Assembly: GCA_963810095.1 (NCBI GenBank)
Contig: CAWEMM010000007.1
Location: 416,001 to 480,000, forward strand
Source of the DNA: an uncultured Chloroflexia bacterium
Lineage (GTDB): Bacteria > Chloroflexota > Anaerolineae > CG2-30-64-16
Direction of reading: 5' to 3'
DNA: 64,000 bases
Shown here: positions 1 through 10,894 of the stretch, piece by piece
Layout of the letters: every line of letters begins with the position of its first letter
How positions within the stretch are numbered: the first letter of the stretch is position 1
Position numbers and translations under genes: made by a program
Notes under the pieces: model-generated
Told to the model about the DNA's origin: nothing
Databases searched by the model: none
The model's input: only the letters and a program-made list of their open reading frames with translations

Positions 1-2351
1 TGCGAAGCATGCTGGCGCGGCTGTCGGCCACCTCGAACGCGGGGCTCGGCCGTCTGCAAACCCGCGAAGCCGACGATTTCACGGTCGCGCTGCTCGACGC
101 ATTTGCGACGATGGCCGACGTGCTCACGTTTTACAACGAGCGCATCGCGGAAGAGTCGTACCTGCGCACGGCGAAGGAACGGCTGTCCATCCTCCACCTT
201 GCGCGGCTGATCGGGTACGAGCTGGCCCCCGGCGTTGCGGCGGCGACGCCCGTCGCCTTCAACCTGGAGACCGCGGCAGGCGCGCCGGAAGAAATCACGC
301 TCGATCCGGGTGTCCGCCTGCAGAGCATCCCGGGTCCGGGCGAGACCGCGCAGATCTTCGAGACCGTCGAGACGATCACAGCACGGGGTGCGTGGAACGC
401 AATCAAACCCCGGCTCACCGCACCGGCCGCGCCCGACCCCGCCGCTTCCACCGTGTACCTCCAGGGCACGGACGCTAATCTCAAACCCGGCGACCGGCTC
501 CTGATCGCCGGTTCAGCGACGAGCTGGGCCGTGCGCCGGATCGCCGCAGTGACTCTCGAGAATGACCCGGGCCGCACGAAGCTGACGCTCGAAGGTGCGA
601 CCGGGGGGAACGGCGCGGCGCCCGCGGGCCTCGCTGCGGGCGTCTGGGCGCTGCGGGTCAAGGCGACCCCGTTCGGCAGCAACGCGCCGCTCAAGCCCGA
701 CCCGGAGACCCCGGGAGATCTCGACGCGGCGACCGAGTGGGATTTGTCTGAGACGGCGGGCGTCCTCAGCCTTGACTCGGTCCAAGACAGCATCAGCACC
801 GGCAGCTGGGTGGTCGTCGACCGCATCTGGTACTACTACGGCTACACACTGGGACTGCCCTACCCCGCGAACGGGCGCATCGACCTGCTGCTCAAGGCGA
901 ACCAGGTGCAGACGTTGGCTCGCGCCAACTACGGCATAGCCGCCCGCGTCACGTCTCTGACTCTGAGCGGCGGCTGGCTCGATCCGCTCGAGTGGTCGCT
1001 CTGGTGGGTGCGGAACACCGTCGTCTACGCGGGCAGCGAGCTGCTGGCGCTGGCCGAGGCGCCGCTGCCCGACGCGCTGGAGCCGAACACCATCACGGTC
1101 GCCGGCGATGTCTCCGCTCTTCCTCCCGGCCGCAGCCTCGTCTTCTCGGGCCGCTTGCTCGGGCAGGCGCCTGACGCGCCCCTTACGATTGAGTTGGCAG
1201 CACTCAAGTCCGTCAGCGTCGTCGACGCTAACAGCGTCCTGACGCTGGAAAAGTCGCTGGTCAGCGCCTTCGACCGGCGGACCGTGGCCATCAATGCGAA
1301 CGTCGCGGCGGCCACGCAAGGTGAGACGGTGAGCGAAGTGGTGGGCGGGGGTGATCCCGCGCGGGCGCACCAGGCCTTCGTCCTGAAACAGGCGCCGCTA
1401 ACCTACACGACCGGCGCGGCCGGCATCCAAAGCTCGCTCTCGGTGCGGGTGAACGATGTGCTGTGGCACGAAGCGCCGACGCTCTACGCGACCGGGCCGC
1501 GGGACCGTATCTACGCTGCCCGCACCGAGCCGGACGGCCGCACCACGATCCGATTCGGCGACGGCGAAGCGGGCGCACGCCTGCCCCGCGGCACAGATAA
1601 TGTCCGGGCCATCTACCGCAAGGGCGCAGGCGTCGCGGGGAACGTCAAGGCGGGCCAGGTCAGCATGCTGCTGACCCGGCCGCTCGGCGTCAAGGATGTA
1701 GTCAACCCGCTGCCCGCGAACGGCGGCGCCGACCCGCAAAGCCAGGAACAGGCGCGCGCAAATGCGCCCATCGCCGTTCTGACGCTGGGCCGGGTCGTGT
1801 CCCTGCTCGACTACGAGGACTTCGCCCGCGGCTACCCCGGCATCGCGAAGGCGCTGGCAACGTGGACCTGGGACGGGCGGCGCCGCGGCGTGCTGCTGAC
1901 CGTCGCAGGCCCGGAAGGCGCACTCATCGAGGAGGAAGGCATCGCGTGGCCCGGCTTGCTGAGCAGCCTGGTCGGCGCAGGCGACCCGCATGTGCCCCTC
2001 CGCCTGCGAACGCACCGCCCGGTCGGGTTCGTGCTGACCGCGTCGCTGGCCGTCGCGCCGGATTATCTGCCCGAAAAGGTCGTCACAGATGTCGAGACCG
2101 CCCTTCTTGCCGCGTTCTCGTTTGACGCCCGTCAGCTGGGGCAGGCGGTCGCGCTGAGCGAAGTGTTGGCCGTGATGCAGGCAATCCCGGGCGTGCTCGG
2201 GGTGGATGTGGACCGCCTGCACCGGCCCGACCAACCGCCTGGCGCCTATCCGCGGCTGCGTGCCGCCGTGCCGCAGCCCGGTGCGGCCGACGGACCCGGC
2301 GCCGAACTCCTGACCCTTGACGCGGCCGCGTTGTCGCTGGCGGCAGGCTGA
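1..2351 (+). CDS. Putative baseplate assembly protein (baseplate J/Afp11-like) of an eCIS; 5'-truncated by the window edge
   Basis: 780-aa ORF open to the window start. Motifs 'DVLTFYNERIAEESYLRTA..R.S...LARLIGY', 'IRFGDGE.GARLP.G..NVRA.YR.G.G..GNV' and 'R.VSL.DYEDFA' are typical of eCIS/phage baseplate J proteins. Confidence 0.9.
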   Translation, partial: RSMLARLSATSNAGLGRLQTREADDFTVALLDAFATMADVLTFYNERIAEESYLRTAKERLSILHLARLIGYELAPGVAAATPVAFNLETAAGAPEEITLDPGVRLQSIPGPGETAQIFETVETITARGAWNAIKPRLTAPAAPDPAASTVYLQGTDANLKPGDRLLIAGSATSWAVRRIAAVTLENDPGRTKLTLEGATGGNGAAPAGLAAGVWALRVKATPFGSNAPLKPDPETPGDLDAATEWDLSETAGVLSLDSVQDSISTGSWVVVDRIWYYYGYTLGLPYPANGRIDLLLKANQVQTLARANYGIAARVTSLTLSGGWLDPLEWSLWWVRNTVVYAGSELLALAEAPLPDALEPNTITVAGDVSALPPGRSLVFSGRLLGQAPDAPLTIELAALKSVSVVDANSVLTLEKSLVSAFDRRTVAINANVAAATQGETVSEVVGGGDPARAHQAFVLKQAPLTYTTGAAGIQSSLSVRVNDVLWHEAPTLYATGPRDRIYAARTEPDGRTTIRFGDGEAGARLPRGTDNVRAIYRKGAGVAGNVKAGQVSMLLTRPLGVKDVVNPLPANGGADPQSQEQARANAPIAVLTLGRVVSLLDYEDFARGYPGIAKALATWTWDGRRRGVLLTVAGPEGALIEEEGIAWPGLLSSLVGAGDPHVPLRLRTHRPVGFVLTASLAVAPDYLPEKVVTDVETALLAAFSFDARQLGQAVALSEVLAVMQAIPGVLGVDVDRLHRPDQPPGAYPRLRAAVPQPGAADGPGAELLTLDAAALSLAAG

Positions 2352-2362
2352 GGTTGATGCTC

Positions 2363-4409
2363 ATGGATGCGAAACAGCTTTTAGATCTGCTCCCCGCCAT
2401 TTACCGCCTGCGCGATGCAGAGCAGGGCGGTCCGCTGGAGGCCCTGCTCGAGGTTCTGGCCGAGCAGCTGGCCGGGCTCGAGGAGAGCCTGGACCAGATG
2501 TACGACGACCAGTTTGTCGAGACGGCGGCGCCCTGGGTGCTGCCGTACATCGGCGATCTGATCGGCTACCGGGCCGTCAACCTCGATGCGTCGCCGGTGC
2601 TGGGCAGCCCGCGCAGCGAGGTGGCGAACACGATTGGCTACCGGAGGCGCAAGGGCACCGCGGCCATGCTCGAGCAACTGGCTCGCGACACGACGGGGTG
2701 GGACGCGTCCGTCGTCGAGTTCTTCGACCGGCTCGCCACCACCCAGACCATGAACCACATCCGACCCGCTAACCTCTACGCGCCGCATCTGCGCCGCATC
2801 GGGGAGCTTCCGCCGGTAGACTCGCCGTTTGACCGGATCAGCCACACCGCCGACGTGCGCCGGATCGGCGCGGGCCGCACCGGCCGGGCGGCCGGGGGCC
2901 AGGGCAAATACAACATCCCGAATATCGGGCTGTTCCTGTGGCGAATCCAGGAGCAGCGTCTCACCCGTTCGCCCGCGGTCGCGCTCGGCGGGGGGCGCTA
3001 TCTCGTTCATCCGCTCGGCGTCGACGCAGCGCTCTACAACGACGCGCGGCCGGTGCCCGATTTTGCGGGGCTCGCCACGCCCGCCAATGTTCCCGCAGCC
3101 GATCGGCCGGCGCCATTTGTCGCGGCAGCCGGCGGAGTACTACGGCCTTGGTCAGAGCTTGCTCGTCGAACTGCACCCCGTGGACGGCGGCGGACTCTTC
3201 GACCCCGCCGCTTCGCCCACTGCCGTCCCGGTTGGGGACATCGTCGCCTGTGACCTCTCGGACGTGCTCGACGGCTCGGGTGGGACCACCTGGGCACATC
3301 TGCCCATTCCCGGGGGCCGGGTCGCGGTGGACCCCGTCCTCGGCCGGCTCGCGTTTGGCACGGCGCCGGCCGAGATGGTGCTCGTCACCTTCCACTACGG
3401 CTCCCCGGCGGAGATTGGCGGCGGCGAGTACGAGCGGGCGGCGACTTTCCAGGCGAAGCTCGAGCCGCTCACGCCGGTCAGCATGCCCGGTCCGTTGCAA
3501 GCTGCGCTGGCGGGGCTAACGACGGGCGGCGTCGTCCAGGTCCAGGACAGCGGGCGCTATGCCGAGACGTTGTCGCTGTCGCTCGACGCCGGCGCACACG
3601 TCGAAATTCGGGGGCGGAACGGCGCGCGGCCCACGCTCGAACTGGGCGCGGAGTGGATCGTCGACGGCGGCGCGGGCAGCGAGCTGACCTTGAACGGCCT
3701 TCTGATTGCGGGCGCAGGGCTGCGGGTGACGGGCAACCTGGCCCGGCTGAGCCTGGTTCACTGCACGCTGGCCGGACCGCTCACCGTGGAAGCGGCCGGA
3801 GTGCAAGTCATGGTCGAGTCGAGCGTCACGGCGGGGCTGTTCGTCCATAAAGAGAGCAGCATGTCTGTCGAGAACAGCATTGTCGACGCGGGGGCCGACG
3901 CCGGCTGGGCCTATTCCGGCTCGGGGGCAGCTGCGGGAGCGGCGCCGGGCGGCCCGTTGACCGCGACCGGTTCGACGGTGATCGGGCGGGTATGGACGAC
4001 GGAGATGCCGCTGGCCTCAAATGCGATCTTTGACGCGCGCGTGCCCGAGGATGCGCCGGACACACCGCTCCAGTACCCGGTACGCGTCGACCAGCGGCAG
4101 GAAGGCTGCGTGCGTTTCTCTTACGTGCCGCCCGGCTCGCGGACGCCCCGGCGCCACCTGTGCCAGCCGGCCGGCGACGTGGACCCTCGCCGGGTGCAGC
4201 CCGACTTCACGTCCCTGCGCCTTGGTGATGCGGGCTACGGGCAGTTGAGCCAGCGCGGGCCCGTCGAGATTTCGACCGGCGCGGACGACGGCGGCGAGAT
4301 GGGCGCTTACCATCACCTGCTCGGCCAGCAGCGCGTCGCGAATCTGGGCGTGCGCCTCGACGAGTACCTGCGCTTCGGCCTCGAGGCCGGCATCTTCTTC
4401 GTTTCGTGA
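2363..4409 (+). CDS. eCIS baseplate wedge / tail protein I-like (phage P2 gpI-like N-terminus); one frameshift near 3092
   Basis: N-part 'LLDLLPAIYRLRD...QMYDDQFVET...WVLPYIGDLIG...R.EVANTIGYRRRKGT' joins the C-part ending 'DDGGEMGAYH...RLDEYLRFGLEAGIF'. Removing one C in ttcccg restores the frame. Lies between the baseplate J and DUF6519 genes. Confidence 0.8.
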
Positions 4410-4418
4410 GGTGAGAGT

Positions 4419-7199
4419 ATGAAGGGCGATTTCAGCCGGCAAACGTTTGACCCCCGCAGGCACCACAGCGCCGTGCTCATGCAACAGGGCCGGGTGCAGC
4501 TCGATGCGGACTGGAACGAACAGGATGCCATCGGCCGCTACCGGGACGAGAAGGAAGCCGTCGACACGATTGGACGCTGCGGGGGCCCCCTGCACGCGGC
4601 CGGCTTCGAGATCACCTCTGACGGCCAGCAGTTGTTCATCGGCCAGGGCCGCTACTGGGTGGACGGCATTCTCGTCGAGAACGATCTTGGCGACCTCCGC
4701 TATGACCAGAGCGGCGCCGGCGAGACTGCGGCCGTGGCGTTCGACGTCCAACCGTACTTCGCCGGCCCCACGCTGGCCGACCAGCTCGCGGCGATGAAGG
4801 AAAATGGCGCGGCGGCCGCGCTGGCCTATCTCGACGTCTGGGAGCGCCATGTGACGGCGCTCGAGGACCCCAGGCTGCGCGAAGTGGCGCTCGGCGGTCC
4901 CGATACGACGACCCGGCGCCAGGTCGTGTGGCAGGTCAAGCTGCTGGCCATCAGCCGGGACGACCAGGACGAGCGCACCGCGCTGCTGGAGCGGCGCAAG
5001 TCGCTGCAAGTCGACCTGGACGGGGTGAAGCAGGCCTCAGAGCAGCTGGCGGGCCAGATCAAGGAGCTGGAGGACAAGCTGGCCGCGGCACCGGCCGGCG
5101 GCGCCGCGGCCAGGAAGCTGCAGGCGCAAATTGCCAGGCTGCAGACCCAGCAGAAGGAACTGGACGCGAAACAGGCCGAGGTCGGGGCGGCATTGGCCGA
5201 GGTCGACAAGGAATTGCAGGCGCTGGGCGGCGGCAGCGAACCGGCCTGCGACGGCGAGATCCCCGGGTGGGCCGAGCTGTGGCCCCAGCCGGGCACGCTC
5301 AACGCACGGGCCCAGCCGGGCGACCCGGCAGACGACCCCTGCGAGCTTCCGCCGGGCCGCGGCTACCGGGGACTGGAGAACCAGCTCTACCGGGTGGAGA
5401 TCCAGCGAGGCGGCGCGGCCGGCGTTGCAACGTTCAAATGGTCTCGCGACAACGGCACGGTCGTGGCGGGCATCGAGGAGATCTCCGGCTCGACCGTCCG
5501 GTTGGACACCCTCGGCCCCGACGACGTGCTCGGCTTTGCGAGCGGGCAGTGGGTCGAACTGCTGGATGACCGGGTGGAACTCGGCGGGCAAGGCGGCCAG
5601 TTGGCGAAGATCACGGGCATTACGACGGCCACCCGCGAGTTGACCCTTGACCCTGCACCCCAGCCGCTGGCCGCGAGCGCAGGCGGGATCGACCGCTCGC
5701 TGCATCCCCGTTTGCGGCGGTGGGACCAGGCCGGCGACACCGCAACCGCGGACGGGGTCCTCACGGGCGGCGGTTGGTTGGAGCTGGAAAACGGGGTCGA
5801 GGTCCAGTTTGGCGGGGAGCCGGGTGCGGCCTACCGGCCCGGCGACTACTGGACCATCCCGGCCCGGGCCGCCACCGGCGACCTCGAATGGCCGCCCTAC
5901 GAGACGCCGAATCTCAATCCCGTGCCCCAGGAGCCGGCCGGCATCGAACACCACTTCTGCCGCCTTGCCCTGATCCAGTGGGAGGGCGACAAGCTGAGTG
6001 TCTCGGATGACTGCCGCCAGATCTTTCCGCCCCTGACGGAAATCTGCTGCACCCGCGACGCGCTGCACGTGACGGCCATCAACTGGACGAACGACGGGGC
6101 CGCGCCGGCAAGCCTCCTCACGGACCCCGGGCTTCGCATCACGCTGGACGCGGCGCCCGAACCGGCTTCAGTCAGCAACGACAGCCTCCTGGTCACGCTC
6201 GACTTCCCGTTCAATACGGGGAACACGACCGTCCCAAACATCCGGCAGCGGCTGGTAATTCTGGGAAGCACGGTGGGCGTCGACCCGAACGATCCGCGCA
6301 CCATCGTCTGGCAGTTCCGCGAAGCGAATGTTGGCACGACGAACGGCGGTGCGCAGCCACCCACGACGGGTGGGACGGCTCAGCCGCCCACGGGAGGCAC
6401 GGCGCAGCCGCCGGCCGGCACGCCCACGACGCCGCCGATCGGGATATTCCATCCCCCGATCTTTGGCGGGCTCAATCCCGGCATCCTGAATCCCGCCATC
6501 GTCGTCGAGCGAGCGGTGGCGCCCGCACAGTCGCAGCTCCGGCTCAACGTGACCCTGCGGGGCAGCTTCATCTGGCGCGCAGAGGGGCGCAAGCGAATCT
6601 ACCTGGACGGGGAGACGCTGGGCGTGCCGGTGACCGACCCGGGGAGCCAGCAGGTGCGGACCGGGCTCGATCTCCCGTCGGGCGACGGCCGGCGGGCAAG
6701 TGACTTCGAAAGCTGGTTCTTCCTGGGCACGGGCCGGCCGGCGCCGCAGCCGTTGCAGGTGGCTGCGGTGACCTTCCGGACGACGTTTGGTGCGGCGCCG
6801 CGCGACGTGGTCACGGTGAAGGAGTTCACCACCGATCCGGCCAAGTTCCAGCCGATCCAGTCAAAGGACGCGGTGAACGTGCTCGATCTGCAGTTCAACC
6901 GGGCCGTAAATCCGGAAGGCGATTTCGCCAGCGACGCGCCTGCGCCAGTCTTTGTCGAGTTTCTGGGTCCGAACGGCAGGCGCTGTTTCGGAGATCTGAC
7001 GGTGAAGGGCACCCGGGCGCTGTTCACCGCCCGGCAACCGGAGGTCTTCAAGCAGCCGGGCGACTACCGGCTCACCGTGTTCGCCGCGACGGGCAACGGA
7101 GGCATCGGGGTCACGGCGCAGGACGACGGCTCAGCCTTGGATGGCGATTTCGACGGCCAGCCCGGGACGAATTTCTTCCTGATGTTTCGGGTCGCTTAG
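4419..7199 (+). CDS. DUF6519-domain protein, putative eCIS tail fibre/receptor-binding protein
   Basis: Diagnostic N-terminus 'MKGDFSRQTFDPRRHHSAVLMQQGRVQLDADWNEQ', then 'GYRGLENQLYRVEI', 'ATFKWSRDNG', 'LENGVEVQF...YRPGDYWTIPAR', 'DCRQIFPPLT'. C-terminal beta-rich Ig-like domains. Confidence 0.85.
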   Translation: MKGDFSRQTFDPRRHHSAVLMQQGRVQLDADWNEQDAIGRYRDEKEAVDTIGRCGGPLHAAGFEITSDGQQLFIGQGRYWVDGILVENDLGDLRYDQSGAGETAAVAFDVQPYFAGPTLADQLAAMKENGAAAALAYLDVWERHVTALEDPRLREVALGGPDTTTRRQVVWQVKLLAISRDDQDERTALLERRKSLQVDLDGVKQASEQLAGQIKELEDKLAAAPAGGAAARKLQAQIARLQTQQKELDAKQAEVGAALAEVDKELQALGGGSEPACDGEIPGWAELWPQPGTLNARAQPGDPADDPCELPPGRGYRGLENQLYRVEIQRGGAAGVATFKWSRDNGTVVAGIEEISGSTVRLDTLGPDDVLGFASGQWVELLDDRVELGGQGGQLAKITGITTATRELTLDPAPQPLAASAGGIDRSLHPRLRRWDQAGDTATADGVLTGGGWLELENGVEVQFGGEPGAAYRPGDYWTIPARAATGDLEWPPYETPNLNPVPQEPAGIEHHFCRLALIQWEGDKLSVSDDCRQIFPPLTEICCTRDALHVTAINWTNDGAAPASLLTDPGLRITLDAAPEPASVSNDSLLVTLDFPFNTGNTTVPNIRQRLVILGSTVGVDPNDPRTIVWQFREANVGTTNGGAQPPTTGGTAQPPTGGTAQPPAGTPTTPPIGIFHPPIFGGLNPGILNPAIVVERAVAPAQSQLRLNVTLRGSFIWRAEGRKRIYLDGETLGVPVTDPGSQQVRTGLDLPSGDGRRASDFESWFFLGTGRPAPQPLQVAAVTFRTTFGAAPRDVVTVKEFTTDPAKFQPIQSKDAVNVLDLQFNRAVNPEGDFASDAPAPVFVEFLGPNGRRCFGDLTVKGTRALFTARQPEVFKQPGDYRLTVFAATGNGGIGVTAQDDGSALDGDFDGQPGTNFFLMFRVA

Positions 7200-7257
7200 C
7201 GCGAGCGTGGGCGGCAAGCGGCGTCCGCCGGACGCCGCATGCCGCCCACGCTCGCGC
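7199..7257. terminator. Near-perfect 59-bp palindrome between convergent genes (REP-like / bidirectional terminator)
   Basis: gcgcgagcgtgggcggca-a-gcggcgtccg-c-cggacgccgc-a-tgccgcccacgctcgcgc: 29-nt arms with one A.A mismatch. Confidence 0.65.
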
Positions 7258-7278
7258 GAGGAAATCCCCTCGCGGTTC

Positions 7279-9910
7279 CTACTTGCGGATGATGGGCAGG
7301 AAGAGGTATTTCAACACGATAGGCTGGGCGCCGGGCGCGCTGATCGTCAGGCTGCCGCCTGCGACCTGGCGCACCGGCAGGCTGTCGCTCAGCGAAACGC
7401 CGGCACTCGCTGCCACGCCCGGCGCCGGCTGCGCGGCCCGCACCAGGTAACGGCCCGCGGCGTTCCCCGTCGTATCCAGCACCACCACGAAACTCCCGCT
7501 GTCGGTGGGGTCGGTCGCTAACGTCAAGCCGGCCGGCACGTCATTCAGGGTGAAGGTGATGGGCTGTCCGGGCGTGAACCGGAACCCGGTCACCAGGAAC
7601 TGGCTTCCGGGCTTGCCGTTGGCGGGATCGACCGTGACCGTCGCGGGCATGAAAGCCTGGCTCGCCACGGGCGCCAGCCGGCGCGTCGTCGTGCCCTGCC
7701 CGAGTTGGCCGCTGCCGTCCCAACCCCAACACGCCGTAGCCTGGTCGCTGAGCTCCGCGCACGTGTGCGATTGGCCCAGGGCCAGCGCGGTGGTCCCGGC
7801 GCTGGCACCCTGGATGGCGACGGGCTTGTTCTGGTTCTTTAGCCCCCAGTTGCCCAGCTCGCCCAGGCCGCCGCTGCCCCAGCAGTAGAGCGTCGCACCC
7901 GTCGAGCTCACCGCGCAGGTGTGCGGCCCGCCGGCTGCGATCTTCGAGACGGGCGGCAGGCCCGACACCGCTACCGGCGTGGTGCTGCTCGTGAAGGTCT
8001 CGTTGCCCAGCTGCCCCTTGTCGTTCAGGCCCCAGCAGCGCACCGTGTCGTCGTTGAGCAGTGCGCAGGTGTGCGCGCCGCCCGCGGTGATCGCCTTCGC
8101 AGCGGGTAGGCCCAGCACGCTCACCGGCACGAGCGAGCCCGTCTGTGTGCCGTCGCCCAGCTGGCCGTTGTCGTTCGAGCCCCAGCACTTCACACTACCA
8201 TCGCTGCCGAGCGCGCACGTATGCTCTGCGCCCAGCGCCAGCATGGTTGCGTTCGACACCCCCGACACATTCACCGGCTGGTAGCGGGTCTGTCCCGCAC
8301 CGTCGCCGATCTGTCCCTTTGTCCCATTGCCCCAGCACTTCACGCCGCCGCCCAGGATGGCGCAGCTGTGGCCGAGGCCGCTGGCAACGCTTGTGACCCC
8401 AATCAAGGGCGGGTTCGTGGGGCCAGGGGTGGGGCGATCCGTCACCGTGCCGTCCCCCAGCTGACCTTCCTGGTTGCGGCCCCAGCACGAGACCGATCCA
8501 CCGGCCAGGGCGCAGGTGTGAGCGCCGCCCGCTGCCAGTTGCGAGGAGCCCTTCATCTGTGGCACCGCCACCGGCGTGCTGCGCTGCACCTTCGTGCCAT
8601 CGCCCAGCTGGCCCCCAAAGTTGTTGCCCCAGCACATGACGTCGTCGTTGGCCTTGATCGCGCACGTGTGGCTATAGCCGGCGGTCAGCTGCTTCACCGG
8701 ACCGAGCCCGGCGATGTCGCTGCGGACCGCCCGGAAAATCATGCTGCCGTCGGCGAGTTGGCCGGTGGCGTTGTCGCCCCAGCAGCTCAGCGCACCCCCG
8801 CTCAGCGCGCAGGCGAACGTGCCGCCGGCCGCGACATCCGAGACGCCTGCCAGCGACGCGACCGCGACGGGCTTCAGGCTGTCCGCACCGGTTCCATCGC
8901 CCAGCTGCCCTTCCTGGTTGCGTCCCCAGCACGATACCGTGCCCCCTGCGAGCACCGCACACGAGGACGCGCCGCCCGCGGTCACGCGGGTCGCAGCAAG
9001 GCCCGGGACGGTCTGGGGCTCGTTCTGGTCTGCCGTGCTGTCGATGCCCAGTTGACCCTGGCCGTTTTCGCCCCAGCACTTGACCCCGCCGGCAGCGACG
9101 GCGCACGTGTGTTGGTCGCCCGCCGCAACGTCGGTCACGCCCGAAGCCAGGCCGATGACGTCCTGGGGCGTCTTGCTGGAGAAGTCCGAGAAGGTGCCGT
9201 TGCCCACCTGGCCGCTCAGGTTCGCGCCCCAGCACTTCGAGCGCGCCGCCCGAGACGACCGCACAGGTGTGCTTGGCGCCGGCCGCGATGGCCGTTGCAC
9301 CTGAAATACCCAGCACTTGCTGGGGGACCAGCCGGCGGGTGGTGCTGTTATCGCCCAACTGCGACTTATCGTTGGCGCCCCAGCACTTCACCGTGCCATC
9401 CGAGAGGAGCGCACACGTGTGAAGGCTGCCGGCCGCAACGGCCGTCGCGCCTGAGGTCAGGCCGCTGACCTGCACGGGCGAAAGGCGGTTCGTGCCGCGC
9501 TGGTTGTCGCCCAATTGGCCTTCGCTCGCATCGCCCCAGCACTTGACCGCGCCGCCCGAGGTCACCGCGCAGGTGTGCGCGGCGCCCGCCGCGATATCCA
9601 CCACGCCCGTACCGAGCGCGGTCACCTTAACCGGGAGATCCCGGCTGCCGGTGCTGCCGTCGCCGATCTGGCCCGAGCTGTTCGAGCCCCAGCAGCTAAC
9701 CGAGCCGTCGCTTTGATTGATCACGCAGGTATGCGCGCCGCCCGTCGCAAAGGCCTTGACGCCGGTCAGCGCGGCTGCGGGGGCCGCCGCAGCGGGCGCA
9801 GCCGGCTCGCTGCCGGCCAACCCGCTGGCCCCGGCAACGAGAGGCGCACCGGCAAGCACGACCAGTGCGAGCGCGAGCATCGATAGGAGACAGAGTGAGC
9901 GATATTTCAT
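7279..9910 (-). CDS. Secreted RCC1-repeat (double beta-propeller) protein; frameshift near 9240
   Basis: Signal peptide 'MKYRSLCLLSMLALALVVLAGAPLVAGA' after a GGAGGAG RBS. 14 repeats of 'G..HTCA....G.V.CWG.N..GQLG.G'. Ig-like C-domain and terminal 'YLFLPIIRK'. Confidence 0.9.
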
Positions 9911-10058
9911 GCGAGACTCCTCCTGGTGTGGGGAGAAATGTGGTGTATCCGAGGCGCCAGTATAACACACGCGAGCGGATAGCCGCGACAAAACCCGGGC
10001 GCCGAGTTGGCAGCTCCAGGCGTGGCTGGGGCAACAGAGACCCGGCCCGATCTGGAGC

Positions 10059-10838
10059 CTACCGGCTCGTCGTCCCCTCAATCGAGAGCCAGAACGGGCC
10101 CGGCGCGACGTGCCAGCCCGTGAGCCTGGAAGCCTGTGCGAGCCCGGCGGCCTCGGCTGGCGTGTAGGACGCGTCGCGGCTGCCCATTGGCTCGCCGATG
10201 TAGCGAAGCGCCTTCGGGACGATGAAACGTGAAGCGAACCAGATCAGGAGATAGAAGGGCGGAACCATGTCCCTGCGCAGGTCGAAGATGACGAAGTGTC
10301 CGCCCGGGCGCAGGATGCGGCCGACCTCATTCAGGACGGCAATGGGGTCATCCCAGTGGTGCAGCGAGAGCGTGCTGATTACGAGGTCGACAGATGCGTC
10401 CGCAAGCCCGGTCGCGCTCGCGTCGCCGGTCCGGAACTCGGTCTGGTAGGTCAGCCCGGCCTCGATCGCCCTGCGCTGTGCATCGCCCAACAGGGGAGTG
10501 GACAGGTCAATGCCCATCACCCTCAGCCCCGGCGCGGCGGTTGCCAGCTCGACCACCAGGTGCCCCGGGCCGCAGCCCAGGTCCACCGCGCGGCCGTCGA
10601 CCGAGCCTTCTCCCAAGAGTGCCAGGGCGCGGCCAATCGCGAGGCTTCGCAGCAGGCGCATTTGGGGCATGGAGGCGATGCGGGCAAACGCAGCCGACAC
10701 CTCGCGCGACTCGATCGCCTCCGCGCTGCTCACCCGGTCAAGCGCCCGCTCGCCATAGATCTGTGAAGCTGCCGCGACAAGCGCGCCCACCGCAGCCCCG
10801 CCCAACGCTCCAAGCACGACAAAACGACGTCCGGACAT
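10059..10838 (-). CDS. Class I SAM-dependent methyltransferase with N-terminal hydrophobic segment
   Basis: 'AVDLGCGPG', 'GIDLS', 'GDA', 'VDLVISTLSLHHW', 'ILRPGG' motifs. Confidence 0.9.
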   Translation of the reverse strand: MSGRRFVVLGALGGAAVGALVAAASQIYGERALDRVSSAEAIESREVSAAFARIASMPQMRLLRSLAIGRALALLGEGSVDGRAVDLGCGPGHLVVELATAAPGLRVMGIDLSTPLLGDAQRRAIEAGLTYQTEFRTGDASATGLADASVDLVISTLSLHHWDDPIAVLNEVGRILRPGGHFVIFDLRRDMVPPFYLLIWFASRFIVPKALRYIGEPMGSRDASYTPAEAAGLAQASRLTGWHVAPGPFWLSIEGTTSR

Positions 10839-10894
10839 GGGTCGTCTCCCTTCGGCCAGCGCGTCTGCCGATGGCTGACGCTGCCTGTCAAACC

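Noticed and set aside
1-7199. Prophage tail module or T6SS
   Set aside because: The gene set and DUF6519 fit eCIS, and no head, lysis, integrase or TssJLM genes follow. Not fully excluded because the upstream part is outside the window.
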